Positions 22,349 to 36,180 of a stretch of DNA of 64,000 bases are shown piece after piece. Location: the NCBI GenBank assembly GCA_964106645.2, contig OZ067043.1; one strand, 5' to 3'. Origin of the DNA: Podarcis pityusensis. Lineage: Eukaryota. The stretch's first letter is position 1. Every line of letters begins with the position of its first letter. The notes under the pieces are model-generated. The model had not been told where the DNA came from and did no database searches. It was given only the letters and a program-made list of their open reading frames with translations. Made by a program: the position numbers and the translations under genes.

Positions 22349-23451
22349 ATATTTTGAAATGCATGGGAAGCGTTTGTACCTAACAAAATCAACTTTTAAG
22401 ACGCAATCACTGTGCAGCAAAGAGAATTTGTTCTCAGCACTAGCTTATCATGTGCTTTGACCCCTTCACAAAACCACATAAAGTCCTTGTGCCTCTTTTA
22501 GGTTCCAGAAAATCAAAAACAACTTTTTCAATTACACACAATTAAAGGAAGGAGTTGTCAGGAGCATAATGCAAGTAATACAATTATTTTAAAGTCAACT
22601 GAAAATGGTCTCTGGGATGGTAAACACATAAAGATTGCACAATTTAAATTGGAACAGAAAAAGTCGGCTGCTACGTGGATGCCTTTGAGATGCTTTGATC
22701 AGAGCACTCTGTAACCTCTGTCTGTAAATGTGCTACCTTCATGTAAACACTTTATCTTCTCTAGACCAAAGAAACTCCCACTTTAAATGAAACTTCTACT
22801 GAGTAATTCTCTGTGTGAGGTGAAGCCCAACCCAACCCAACGAAATGGCAATGGGTAGGCAACTGTTGCTGCTATCAATGGTAGCTTGCTTTCAGCCGTT
22901 GAGACTGCCTAAGCCCTCTCTGATCGCCTCTAAGCCGTAGCTGCATATGAGTCCTAGAGCTTAACATTTCCACTCTGTCTGGAAGAACAATGTCAAGGTC
23001 TTCATGACTGCAGAATCCTAATGAAGCTTGGGTGTGACTTTCATGGTAGAGGAGGATGGGAAGCATCTTTTAGAACAGGAAAAGTCAGCACTGGGCTTAT
23101 ACGCAACTGCAACATAACAGAACGTAGCCTAGAACCTGGGTTGGATTCATTCAAATGCATAACAATTGCTCCTTGTCCCAGATATATTATCACGTACCTC
23201 TGAAATGCCTTGCTTCATGACTCCCACATTTCTATCAAACATGTCAATGGTAACCTCAAAAAGAAACTCTTATTTTAGGTCTATTAACATCATATTTGAA
23301 GTAGCTTTGACCAAGAAGCCATGTAGCTAATATGATCTACCTAAGTCTCCATGGAACAAAAGAATTACCCCCATTTTATCAATCTAATTTATTTTATAGA
23401 ATAGTTTATATGCAAGTTTATTTTATTCACATCTTTTTCATTTTATTCACA

Positions 23452-23692
23452 GCAACCTTTTTCAGCCATGGGCTGGTCCACCGTCCCTCAGACCATGTAG
23501 TGGGCTGGACTATATTTTTTGGGGGGGGGGGAATGGATTCCTATGCCCCACAAATAACCCAGAGATGCATTTTAAATAAAAGCACACATTCTACTCATGT
23601 AAAAACAAGCTGATTCCTGGACCATCCGTGGGCCGGATTGAGAAGGCGATTGGGCCGCATCCGGCCCATGGGCCTTAGGTTGCCTACCCCTG
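23452..23692. mobile_element. Non-autonomous hAT element, left end truncated
   Basis: Right terminus ggttgcctacccctg with subterminal gggccgga/ccggccc motifs; left end gcaacc. Confidence 0.7.
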
Positions 23693-24955
23693 TCTTAATC
23701 CCACCTTTCTTACACTGAGCTCAGGGCAAAGTACATTCAGAGGAGAGGAGTCTGGTGCAAAGCTCACTGCAAAATGAATCTCTTTGGTTGAAGTCCAATG
23801 CTATCCATTACCCCATGCTAGTTTCCCCTATAAGAAGTGTGAGAACATGGAATATTTTCTACTAAAGACATAACCTAAAAGATTATAGTCCTTTGCTTCA
23901 CCCATGTCACCTAAAGAGATAACTTCTTTTTCTGACACACTGTAGTTTGCAAGCAGAAATAATCTGCTGTTAATTGAAAAGGGTAGTGAAAAGAAAACGA
24001 CAAAACCATTATCTTTCCCAACTGTATCATTAGCCAAGTACTAAAGGAAATCCAGCAGTTCCAAATAAGAACCGTTTTTGGAAAGCTCAGAGCGACTACC
24101 CAACTATTCAACTACTTCACATACATTCATTAATGGCAACAATCAAGTAAATCGGTTTTTAAGATAAAATGTTCATAGGACTGGGGGGCAGGGAAACACC
24201 TCAAGGAAGTTAAGAATACTTAATGCTGTTCCCACTACTTCATTGCAACTACAGAACAGCAAGTAGTGACCTACAGGATTTACATTCTCATAGGTATTCA
24301 CCAAACACAGGAATAAAAGTTCCATAGGAAACTTACGCCAATAATCCCTTTCAAAATCTTCACCTCTGATCTTACAGAGCCAGCACTTGCCATACTGCTA
24401 TAATGTAGAAGCTTCTTAGCCTTCAGTTATCAACCTCTCCTTACTTGAACTTATGAGCAAATTATTTTGTGGTTCTCCTATATTGAAATACCGGTAATTA
24501 AAGGCTAAAACATAAATCTAAAATAACCTTGCCTAAATCAGGAATCCTGCCTCTCCACATAATAAATGTTGAGAGATGAACCTCAGGATTTTAAGAAGCC
24601 AGTGCCAACCTTCATCAATTAAGGAGACATCACAGATTTACCATTGCTGAAGTGCCCACTAGTCTCCGTTAATGAACATGGCCAATACAAAATGAAGTAT
24701 TTATTTCCTTATATTTATCCTGCCTTTCTTCCATCATGGAACGACATATTGATTCTATAGAGTAGTAACACAGATGTGTTATTTCTGCATTAATGCCTGC
24801 AGACATAATGAAAAGCCTTTCTTGACCAGGAGTAAGTCACAGGATTATGCACTTTTTAAATCCTTGTTAAGAGGACAGCCCCAATCACCATGTAATATTG
24901 ATACCAAAGTAATGCTTAAAACTATGATCAAGGTGGGTAGGACAAATTTGTTTTA

Positions 24956-25598
24956 AGATAAATTTATTGTCATTGTCCGTATATACACAGTATACACAAC
25001 AACGAAAATCAAACACCCACCCAAAGACCGGGTTCACATACACATTTGCACGTATCTCCAACACTCTCATCCTATTCAGACATAATCTATAAAAACATAT
25101 CATACTCCAGAATGTAACATAACCTATTAAAGGCATAACATAACCTAAAAACCTGTCTCATTCCTTCCTACTCCCTGCTTGCTATTTCTTGCAACTGGCC
25201 CTGAGATCATTATTTAGTGCAATCAGAGCTCTTGGATAGAAACTATTCAGAAGCCGTGTGGTTCGTGTTTTCATTGTCCTATATCTTCTGCCCGAAGGCA
25301 ACAGTTCAAAGAAGTTGTGAGCAGGATGGGTGGGATCTCTCAGGATATTGTGTGACTTCTTCAAAGTGCGAGACGTGAAGATCTCATCCAGGGTTGGTAG
25401 TTGGAGCCCAATAACATTCTGGGCAATTTTAATTATTCTCTGTAAAGCTTTTTTATCCGTTTCAGAGCTGCTCCCATACCACGATAATATACTATAGGTT
25501 AAGACACTCTCGATGGTACTGTGATAATAGGACAGAAGTAGGTGCTGAGATAGATTCAGTCCCCTGAGCATTCTCAGGAAATACAACCTCCCCTGCAC
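24956..25598 (-). mobile_element. 5'-truncated Rex1/Babar-clade LINE (C-terminus of the RT ORF plus 3' UTR)
   Basis: ORF 25182-25637 contains RLYFLR...IESVLTY...WYG...LQRI...DPTHP...FELLPSGRRYR...RLLNSFYP, the characteristic Rex/Babar C-terminal signature; 3' UTR ends gacaatgacaataaa. Confidence 0.88.
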
Positions 25599-27337
25599 CC
25601 CTGTTTTAGACAGGAGGGAGGGTAAGGCAAGGGACAAAGTGATTTCATGGCCTGTTCTCTATTTCTTTACCACAGTTTAAGAGAGCCATTTATAGCTGAA
25701 CCACCCCTAGGTGTCCCATTACTTGATGTCTATGCTACTAATAAGCATCCACATTGAGAAGTTTCTTTTGCAATTGCAGAAGTATGTATGGCAACCAAAC
25801 TCCATTTGTAGCAAAATGTCATTTAGAAAATGGTTGAGAAGTTGCACTTTGCCAGTTTGGCCACTGTACATTTTTATGCACCGGTATTTCCAAATTAGCT
25901 AAAGAAAAGGACGATTATAACAGAAATCGCAAACATTTTGGGCTTGGAGGCACAATTGGAAATCTAATAAAACATCCATTTTACAGAAGACACTGGTGCT
26001 GCTCAGAACTCCCTCCACAAGCAACATGCAGAGAAACCCTATAACCTCCCCACAAAAAAACCCCAAGCCCCAGACCCTTCTTTAAAAGCTGCTAACTAAC
26101 CAAACCAAACGCAATTTCTTTAAATTTTGGGGGTGTTTGGTGGCCTTGGAGGGGATTTGAGAATAACACCATGTCCACAAGTGCAACCTGGGGACCCCAG
26201 AAGAATACCATGGATAAACAGAGCAAGCCTAATAAAAATTCTGCAAAAGAGGAAAAAACCCTGGCAAAACCACTGTCTTTCTTTATGTCAGTAAGCTACA
26301 GAACGGTTAAGGCAGACCCACATGTCTTAAAAAGAAAAAAGCAACCAGAAACCACTGTAAGATCAGCTGGTTGAAAAATTGCAGGAGATCTGGAGCTTGG
26401 ATAAGATGTGTGGTTTTTAAACACAATCAATTACTTGGAAATGGTACAACCAATGGATGAAATCTGCATAATACTTTTTTAAATATTCAAAATATTGAAT
26501 CTCATAGCAGATTGTGAAGCATATTAGGGAGGATCCCATAACACTGGGAACAGGCAATGGAACGGTACTTGAATGTCAAAGTTGGCAAGTATTATGTGAC
26601 TTTTTCTGGAGGGCAGTGGGGAGGAGGATAATCTCATTCATTAGAGACAAGGGAAAGGAGTCTAATGTAGATAGGGACTTTTCCCACACAGCCACTCACT
26701 ATTTCACACTATTTGGCATTAGCCTCAAGGACAGTGGCAAGCCTCTGCCAATTATCACATGCATAGGAGTAGTGAATGGCAGAGCACCTTAACAGGTCGG
26801 TCAAGAAGTCCACGTTATGCCCAATTTCTTAAAATTGTCAAGTGAAAAGATCCAAAACAGAACCCAAGCATCCCTGCCTCAGTTAAGAACCCCCTTTGTG
26901 CACCAACTGCACAATATAAAACAACTGATCTTTATCTAAACTTAGAACTGTTTTTCCACAGGAGGCAAGGATGACCACTAGCAAAAATGCTTTTTAAAGC
27001 GTTCCTCACAGAGGTCAGTTTTACTAGCCCTAGATAGACTGGGCTTCCTCATGAACAGGTTTTAGGGGCTGGGGACAAAAAAACTCACCATCAAGCTCTG
27101 CCTGTGCATTTTCAAAGGCACCTTCCTAACCACAACTGCAAGGATGGGGAACCTGTGGCCCATTATGTTGTTGGACTACTGGCTCAGACTGGAACACAAC
27201 TTGTAGAAGGCTACATATTCTCCATCTCTGCACTACTGAGAAGAGGATGCAGGATTAGATGGATTCTTGTGCTGCTTTTAAAAACATGGGTTGATTAACA
27301 TAGGAACAACTAGCACACCCATATTCTTACCCTTAAC

Positions 27338-27466
27338 AGAATCATAGAATTGCCGAGTTGGAAGGGAAGCTAAGGATCATCCAGTCCAACCCCCTGCAAT
27401 GGAGGAATATGCAATTGTCCCATACGGGGACTGAACCTGCAATCTTGGCATCATCAGCAGCACACC
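27338..27466 (-). mobile_element. tRNA-head / CR1-tail squamate SINE (partial)
   Basis: Minus strand reads tRNA-like gccaagattgcaggttcagtcccc followed by a CR1 tail ggttggactggatgat...cccttccaact...attctatgattct. Confidence 0.7.
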
Positions 27467-27782
27467 ACCCTCCCCGAAAAACCCCACAACCCCTTGAGTC
27501 AAAGCAAAAAGGAGATTTTGCCTTTCGTGGTGTATCTCCTTTCTGGAGCACCATCATTATACATAGCACTTTAGAGAGTTGCATAAGCGGGATGAGGAGG
27601 CAGCCCATGTTCCCACAGACCTTACAATCTGAGAACAGTGGCATTCTAAAAGAGGTACATCGTCTTTCTAAGAAGCCTGGGAACTGGAAACACAGAACGG
27701 AGCTCCCTCCTTCTCAGGACTGATACAACGAAAGCTTAGAACTGGAATTTGAAACTAGGGAACCAACAAAACAGAGCCAAAC

Positions 27783-27821
27783 ATAATAATAATAATAATA
27801 ATATAACAACAACAACAACAA
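27783..27821. repeat. (AAT)n/(AAC)n compound microsatellite
   Basis: Direct reading. Confidence 0.85.
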
Positions 27822-28069
27822 TTTATTATTTGTACCCCACCCTCATGAAACTAAGACAGTATACAAAGAACATAAGAACATAAAAACAGGCAATCAATTA
27901 GTTAAAGAATAAGCGATATTTCTTAGAAACCCAAACCAGTTGGAAACCAGAAAGGGGGTGGGGTGGGATGTAATGTCCGTCTGCTCTTATCCAGAAACAA
28001 GATTCATGCATAATATTATCATCTGGGTCAGGATAGAGGCACATCTCAGAAGTGGTATACAAAAGCTGG

Positions 28070-28262
28070 GGTCCAGGAAGCAACATTCTATAGATGACCA
28101 TGGAACGGTCTCCCTTGGGAGGTGGTGGATCCTCTTCCTTGGGAGGTTTTTAAGCAGAGGTTGGATGATCACCTGTCATGTATGAACTAGCTGATATTCC
28201 TGCATTGCAGGGGCTTGGACTAGGTAACTCTCAGGGTCCCTTCCAACTCCACGATTCTATGA
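28070..28262 (+). mobile_element. CR1 LINE 3' end
   Basis: ggaggtttttaagcagaggttggat...cctgcattgcagggg.ttggactag...ggtcccttccaactc...gattctatga. Confidence 0.85.
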
Positions 28263-30198
28263 CCCTGTTGACCCACAGGCCAAACAAAGGCTAAGCACAC
28301 ACTGTCATTTACTCTGTGCACTCCACTGGTGTCTGAAGCAGAGTTCACATGATGGTGGCCACAATTCTGTAGTTTGTTGAGAAAGACTGTTGTTTGATGC
28401 GTTTCCCCTCGAACCAGCTTCTATCCAATTTGAAAACGCAGGCTGAAGTTACACTGAAGTATGCACAGTTCAGGCAGCTGTTGCACATGTGTAGATGACA
28501 GGGGTTTGCAGTCGCAGGGAACAAAATCTTATAATGCCTACTGGATGAAGACATCTCCACCCCCTCACAAGTGTGTAGAGTAACAGCAAATGCGACTTGA
28601 AACACAGCAGGGGGGAAATGACCTTGCTGCATTTTAAGCCACTAATGTGTATGTTCCCTAATACATAAGAGGAAGTATTAAGGAGTACTTAATATATTAA
28701 GTATTAATGTATTAAGAAAGCCTTCAAAACTCTGACCTCAAAGGATCCCAACTTATAGGAAACAAAAAGAGTTCCGGACCTTGACGCCTTGGTTTTCTGC
28801 ATATAAGCTTTCAAACATGTTCTCACATCTATCTTGGGCCATGCCCTCTCCTAACCACCTATGAATAATACAATCAGAGAATTGTAGAGTCGGAAAGGAC
28901 TCTACCACCTTGGTGCTCCCCTGATGTTGTTGGACCATCATCCTTGGCTTTTGGCCATGCTGCTTGGGGCCAATGGGAGCTGTAGCTGAAAACCTCTGGA
29001 GGAAAAGGCTGGCACACAGCAATGCTGCTTGAGCAAAAGACGAAAACAACTTTTGAAACCTGGAGGGTTATAACTTTAGCTTCAAAGCTCTTAGAGCCAA
29101 TTCCTTTCTTCAGTTATTAGTTTTTCCACAGAAGAGAAGGCAGCCACAAGGGTGTCAAATTTAGGTATACCTCCGTCGTCATCAGCAATGTATTTTTAGG
29201 AGAGAATACAGTGTGAGAAATTGCTAGTGGTTTTGGTCCCCATGTGGGAATTCCATTGCAGCTTCAGAATCTGCATTCTGTTGGGAAGATGGAAGCAAAA
29301 TGGCAGTGAGGCTCCTCCATTCCTGCTGCCATGTGATGGTGAAGCAATGGCTAACCATGCAGTTCCCATGGCACCTATGGATGAGATGGACCTTCACATC
29401 ATGTTTCTTCCAGGAGAGAGGAGTTGGACCTACACTGAGCAATTTCTGCAGTTCCAGGAGAAAGTGCCCCTCTCCCTAAGCCAACATCTCCGGCCCAGAA
29501 GCCACATTGAGACAACTACTTCCTGCTACTTGACAAAAAAGCCAAGGGAGAGTAGCTAAGAGACAGAGGAAGAACCAAGAAGCTAAAAACAAAACGAAGA
29601 AAATTGGCTAAGGTAAGATGTATGCCGATGCAGAGCTAAGTAGAAATTGCTGCCAAGAATTGCCTAGTAGCCCTAGGCAGGAAGAGGCTAAGAGCAGGGG
29701 GTCCCCTCCTCCAAGTAAGTCATTTTCTACTTCTTGCCTCCAAGATCCCAGGTAAGGGACACCTCATTTCCAGAATGTCCCTCTGCCCATATCCAGGAAG
29801 TTGCAAAGAGATTCAAGCATGCCCACACTCAAGTGTATCATCTCAAGCATGAAGACCCTTTCTTTAGACTCAGAAAATGTTCTCCTGTGCCTCCTGGAGA
29901 GACATTAGAGTGATTCCACTCAAATTACCAGTTTTAATTAAAAAGGGGTCGAAAATCAATTTCTGCTTTTAAACAAAACTGATTAGCAAGTAGGTTATTG
30001 CAATTCACAGCAGCAGAGCTTTCCCTAATTCTTTAAACGAAAGCGACTGGCGTTGGAAGGGCATTCATCTAAGCATCAAGACACCCACGGTCCTTTATAT
30101 GATAACGCCTGCTTTAAACACACACTTTTCCCCACAGGAGATCAAAAAATAATGGTTTGGGCAGGGAATCCCAGTGGTTAATTTAATCCACTTCCAAG

Positions 30199-30199
<1 letters not shown>

Positions 30200-30232
<33 letters not shown>
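30200..30232. repeat. (TG)16 microsatellite
   Basis: Direct reading. Confidence 0.97.
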
Positions 30233-30235
<3 letters not shown>

Positions 30236-31041
30236 GGAAAACAGGGGTGTGCTGGAACAACAGCTGAGTGCATGCTGCAATTTAGGGGGGGAAAATGCGA
30301 GAAATTGTATGACACTCCCAGGAAATTCAAGACTTTGCGAAGCATTTTGTTGGCAAATGACACACAGCAGTAAATTGAATCCTCATGGCCACATTAGCTT
30401 GCAAGAGTAATGCTCATGACAGGTATCTCTGGATAATATATCTGCAGATCTACAGTGAAGGCAAGCATCTCTGCAAAAGTGCTGCATGCTCTTTCTTTCA
30501 ACTTGTTATGCAGCAGTGGGAGGAGCTGGTGGCTTGGGGCTGGCCGAGAAACGGCAACAACAAGGATCTGAAAACATTTGCTACTTCCTGTCTGCTACCC
30601 TGGGGCCACTAAAACTGCCTTGCTTGGATATAAAAAACTGCGGTCTTACAACCCCTTCTCTTCTGGTGCCCCATCACCAAACGACCCCCGCCTTCTACCT
30701 TTTACAGCCCAGCTCAAGATTCATTTTCTACCTTCTCTTAGGAAAAAACAAAGCAAAAAAAGCCAGACCTCTGGATATTGTTATCTCTGTAAATATTTGC
30801 AGATGTTGTAGGACCATGGAGAACTGCAATTCAGCAGAGAGTGAATGCTGGAGCGCTCTCTCTTTCCCCTCCCCCCTTGCATACACTCAGTTATAAATCA
30901 AGGACTGAAATGAACTGCCTGCTAATGCTGGTTTTAAAGATACAGAATACAAAAAGCCAAGGGAAGCCAAACTGGAATCTTTGGGAAGGAGACGCATGCA
31001 GCCAAAGTATCCCAGGTCCTTTGCATATAATCAGATCACTG

Positions 31042-31384
31042 CACACCCTCCAAGTGTCCCTATTTTCCAGGGACATCCCTGATTTAGAGAAGCCACCCCA
31101 GTTTCTGATTTGATTCCAGTATATCCCACTTTTCCTTAGGATCTCCCTATTTTTATTGGAGAAATGTTGGAGGGTATGGAATTATCTGACCCCTGAGCCA
31201 CCTGAAGGCAATCATGTATAGGGAAGTTTTTTTAAAAAAAAGTTTAATGTTTTATTATGTTTTTATACATGTTGGAAGCTGCCCAGAGTAGCTGGGGCAA
31301 CCCAGTAAGATGTGTGGGGTAGAACTAGTAAAATTAATTGAATGGAACGTCCCTATTTTCATCAGAGAAATGTTGGAGGCACAG
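31042..31384. mobile_element. Composite non-autonomous DNA element with duplicated right end and an internal LINE-like tail
   Basis: Left cacaccctccaa is inverted relative to ttggagggtatg (31167-31178); the ccctatttt...gagaaatgttggagg block recurs at 31351-31379; in between lies a tggaagctgcccagagtagctgggg... LINE 3'-like tail. Confidence 0.6.
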
Positions 31385-31716
31385 CAAACTATGAATTAGT
31401 TTCATGTTTGTTCTGCACAAGGTGTATGTGATCCTTCACAAATGCACTTTGCTTGAAGAGATATTATATATTCCAAGCGTTTCAGCCACAATATTATGCA
31501 CCTGGCAAAATGCAATTCTTCAAGCACAGTTTCTTGCAGTTGTGATTTCTGTGGGGAATATAGTTGCACAATTGCTACAAACACTTTCTAGCCATTCTTC
31601 ATGACAGATACAACATGCATATACACATTTCTGGCCTGCTTCCCCCCCCCCCACTATGTTTTATTTGGTGCACTTAATTTGTCCTGACATAAAATGCACA
31701 CTTAAGACACTGGAGT

Positions 31717-31749
31717 ATTCATTCATTCATTCATTCATTCATTCATTCA
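31717..31749. repeat. (ATTC)8 microsatellite at the tail of the adjacent SINE
   Basis: Direct reading. Confidence 0.95.
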
Positions 31750-31754
31750 CTCAG

Positions 31755-31948
31755 TGCATTTATTTCCCACCCTAAGGACTTCAAGGTAGCATACATGGTT
31801 CTCCACCTTCCCATTTAATTCTCACAACAACTCTGCGAGGTAGGTTAGGCTGAGAGGCCATCCCTGGTTGGGGGTCACCCAGTGAGATTCATGAGTGAGG
31901 ATCTGAGCCATGGTCTCTCAGGTCCTGGTCCAATACCCTAACCACTAA
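31755..31948 (-). mobile_element. MIR-like CORE SINE
   Basis: ctcacaacaactctgcgaggtaggttaggctgagag...gtcacccagtgag.ttcatg...taaccacta pattern. Confidence 0.7.
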
Positions 31949-33782
31949 AGGAATGGTGAGAGAAGAACAAGCAACTGTGCACTATCATGCAATGAGCTAC
32001 TTTGGATGGTTTTATCATGGCGCAATCAATTAACGAAGAAGCTCCCCCTGCCTCACATGCAGCCAAATAGGCCCTCCCTTTATGTGAGATCTGATTAAAC
32101 CAGGAAGTCTGTAATTAACCAGAGTTTCCCATTCCATTCAAACTTGGAAACTATGGTTACAAGCTTTAATACAAGACAGGATGTTAAACCATGATTTAAA
32201 GCGGTCTTAATATCCTGGCTTGCTCCCAAGCTAGTAAGCATAGTTTCTCAGTTGGTACAAAAAGAAGAAACTATGTTCAACTGAAGTCTTCCTGGTTTGT
32301 CTGGTCGTGTTGTGATGGGAGGAGTAAAGGGGTTTCATAGGAAAGGAAATAGCCTGTTCATACTGGGAGTAATAGTAATACTCCCCCCCCCCCCTGTATT
32401 CCCAATTTTCCACAGGGATGGGGAGAGGGGTTGTATTCCACAAAGCCGCTGTGTGAGTAGAGCTTTGTCCCGCCACCTCCCCCATCACCCTCCAATCTGC
32501 TCTGTGGTTTCCCCAACTCTCCAGAGCAGATTGGGGGGAGATGAGGGGGGCACACCGGTTGTGGGGGAGAATGAGAAGTTTTGTTCTATTCGCAGAAATT
32601 GTTCTTGTCACGCATTGACTTCATTGGCGCTAACCCAAAGAAATTATCTCCACAGTTCAGCAGCAATCCTAAGCTCATAAGAAGATAGGCTGCTGGGCTC
32701 ACAAGGTGTAATAAGTGATCGTAAACTTTCAGTAATGTAGGAGGTGGCCTTGGACTGAGTCACCCTCATTAACTAGCTCAGAACTTACTGTACTACATGG
32801 GATGGGACCAAACAGAAATTTTAAAATATGCATTTCTATAGAACTTTTTACTTTCTCAAAAATGATGGTGTATTTATATGCAATGTGGTTGTTTAAATAC
32901 TGGGTTTCGGCTTTCATGAAGCTGAGAGAATGAACAAATCTTAACAGAGCACTTCGAGATAATTTCAATACATTTTTTGCTTCCTTGTAAAAACCACCAT
33001 TCACTAAACTTTGAAAAAAGCAGAGGGGTATTAAAAAAAGAAAGAAAAGAAACTTAACTTTTCCCCCACCAAGCCACTGTTATGAATTAGTGGAGTTATA
33101 AATCCTGCCAGTCCCAGATGATTAGATGCGGAGAGCACAAGATACCAAACTGTTCAATACTGATTTTAAATGGTTAGCAAGCACTTTCTGTTCTGCTTTT
33201 ACTTGGGGTTAGAACACTGAAATGTAGACCTCAGATATTTTTTTTAAAATTACTTTACAAATACACAAAGACAGCTCAGTTATGCAGCCTCTCTTGTAAT
33301 TATTGAAAGTTTTAGTTTTTTTAAAAATCCCATGTTCTTAAAAGCAACACTCCAAAAAGCAACAGCTTGGCCACTTGGAAACTTCAGAAACTTAGGGTTC
33401 CTATATATCCACCCCCATGACCCAGGCACTTCCATGGAGGTTCTGCCATCCGGCAGATAAAAGAGATGTCATCTAGGAGCAGAGACTTCTGGGTAAGGCT
33501 TCCAGCATTTAGGCAGGCCCTGCCTAGGGAATCTTTCTCTTCTTGGTCACCTTTCAGAAGGCAGATGAAGACGACTCTTCTTATAGTAAGTATTATTAGT
33601 TGTGAAGTGCCTAAAAATGGGGTGCTGCACAAAACCCATAAAGCAACAGTCCTACTCAATGGGTTCATAATCTAAATTAGACAACAACAGAACAAGGAAA
33701 CACAGGGAAGGAAGCCAAACACAATTAAATGCAGGGTGCAACTCAACAGGGAGATCTGTGATCAAGATAAACAAGGATGTCC

Positions 33783-33820
33783 TTGTTTGTTTGTTTGTTT
33801 GTTTGTTTGTTTGTTTGTTT
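33783..33820. repeat. (TTTG)n microsatellite
   Basis: Direct reading. Confidence 0.95.
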
Positions 33821-34528
33821 AAAAAGGACCTAGCAATTGTGGGACCCTCCAGATTTGATTAGGACTGTGTTGAGAGGGTGGGAGTGTTAACTGTGCTTCC
33901 TCATGATATTCCCCCAATGAAGCCACCAAAGAGATGGACCATGTAGGTACCACAAAGTCCCCTGTAGAGCAAGTAACAGTGCAATTTGAATCTGGAAAAT
34001 GATACAGGAGGAGCAGAGTTTAAACTCAATGCTGCGTACACAACCTGTCCCCTTCCCCACCCAACCCCATGTCTAATATTAATATGTTTTAAAAAGGCCT
34101 AAAATCATAATCATTAATCTATCGTTTTAAGTATAGTTGCAACCATAGGCTACCTAAAATAAATGAAGCTGTTTTAAAGAAGGAGGAAGAGGTCCAATTA
34201 AATGAATATCAGCTAGGTAAAGAGTTCCATTGATAAGAAGCAATAAAAGTACAGAGCATAAAGATACGAAACTTAGAAACAGATACAGGGTTTAACAAGC
34301 AACAACAAAAACGGAAGAATGCAAAGACTAAAGCGGAGTATATAGAGATATCAAAGATAAGCAGGAGATAGAACGAATTCATATGAAGCAACAGATTCTT
34401 GTGAACAGGAACTCCGTGTGAAGAAGAGAGAAAAGCAAAGAATCATGATCATATTTACATGCATAAAAATAAAAGGGGTGACAGAGTGCAAACAATAAGT
34501 TTAATATATCTATGTATATTTGTAGCAT

Positions 34529-34879
34529 AAAGGTAAAGGGACCCCTGACCATTAGGTCCAGTCGTGGCCGACTCTGGGGCTGCGGTTCTCATCTCGCTTT
34601 ACTGGCCGAGGGAGCCGGCATACAGATTCCGGGTCATGTGACCAGCATGACTAGGCCGCTTCTGGCAAACCAGAGCAGCGCACGGAAACGCCATTTACCT
34701 TCCTGCCAGAGCAGTACCTATTTATCTACTTGCACTTTGACGTGCTTTTGAACTGCTAGGTTGGTAGGAGCAGGGACTGAGCAACGGGAGCTCACCCCGT
34801 CGTGGGGATTCAAACCGCCGACCTTCCAATCGGCAAGTCCTAGGCTCTGTGGTTTAACCCACAGTGCCACCCGTGTCCC
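34529..34879 (-). mobile_element. Sauria SINE, full length
   Basis: Reverse complement of the copy at 63115; tRNA-like head and (ACCTTT)n tail (aaaggtaaaggg on +). Confidence 0.95.
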
Positions 34880-35034
34880 TTTGTCTAACCCTCTGTATAT
34901 TTATTCAGAAGTCAATGCCACTGTATTCAATGCAAGCTGTACAGTACCACAGCCAAAAAGAGTAAAATGATAGCTAATCCAACCAGGACCAAATTAGAGA
35001 ACCCACCGAGGTACAAGTAGAATCAACGAAAGGA

Positions 35035-35410
35035 TGGACCAGGATACCTTAAAGACTGCCTGAGACAGACGGAGGCCAAACAACCATGCCTGAGCCCTTC
35101 AGTGGCAGCATTGCTGGAGGAATCCTGTTATCTGTCCCCTGTGTGAACAAGGCCCACTTGGCATCTAGAGGAAAAGGGGCACTGAGTGTGGCTGGGCCAG
35201 CAATGTGGACTGTGCTGCTGGTGGAAATCCATGCTTGTTATTCTGAGTTACATTTCGAAGGCCTTTTCAGTTGGATGAACGTTTGTTATGTGACTGGCCA
35301 GTTCTTTATGAAAGTTTCTGCTCTCCTTTATTTCTTATTATATTTGCTGTACACTGCTGAGATGTTTTCTATATGAGTTCGTGAAACACAAATATTTTTA
35401 ATGATAAATA
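35035..35410 (+). mobile_element. Decayed L2-like LINE 3' fragment
   Basis: ggaccaggataccttaaagactgcct...gtgtggct...tgtgga...tgc resembles the L2 ORF2 end and 3' UTR. Confidence 0.45.
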
Positions 35411-36129
35411 AGCAAACAAGGAAAAGGGGAATAAAAGAAAAAAATTAAATGGCAAGTTCTGCAGCTTGTGGCAAAACAAGAGGTGCTAACACCAAACAAA
35501 GGAACAAGAGAAGAGTCTGACTTCAAACAATGAGCAGACTGCTATGAGGAAGCAGCAAAAGATTAATAAGAAATGACAACAGATCAGAGATAGAAAAGAA
35601 TGAGTGGAATGTGCAGCAAAAATGTTGCAGTGTTTTAGCCAGCCAGCCATACCCTTTCCCAGGGCACTCCATTCCACTACTACCACCACCAGTCAGCATT
35701 CTGTGGCCACTGGGCAGACAGAGTCCTCAATGGGCTATTCTGGGGCTTCCCTTCCTTTATATTGTGAACCACCCCTGAGATTTTCAGATGAAGGGTAGTA
35801 TATAAATTTAATAAATAATAAAATAATAATTAGTAGGCTTTTTTAAAAATAAAAAAACCTATTTCTGTTTCCCTGAGCTTGCTGATACTACTGTCTTGTG
35901 CAACAGGTGACACCTCTTCGACTCTGTTATTATTATTATTTGGGATACTGTCACGACAGACCTGATAATTAAGGCAAAAAGACTAAATATTTCCCCTTTG
36001 CTCTGTTCTGGGGTTCTCCTGACCCCTGCCTGAGCCAATTTAGGGGGCATGAAGGAGGAAGGAGAAGGAGAAAGCTCTGTTGTGCAAGCAGAAGTCTGTA
36101 CACAGGGCTTCTACTGATGGGACTGGTTT

Positions 36130-36180
36130 CAGGCATCCCCAAACTCGGCCCTCCAGATGTTTTGGGACTACAATTCCTAG
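36130..36180. mobile_element. hAT-type MITE fragment (left arm)
   Basis: caggcatccccaaactcggccctccagatgttttgggactacaattcc, related to the 58346 element. Confidence 0.6.

Noticed and set aside
25182-25637. Resemblance to the DUF1891 / ALKBH8 N-terminal-like domain, suggesting a host gene
   Set aside because: That signature is the C-terminus of Rex/Babar retrotransposon RT; 5' truncation and the LINE-type 3' UTR support a mobile element
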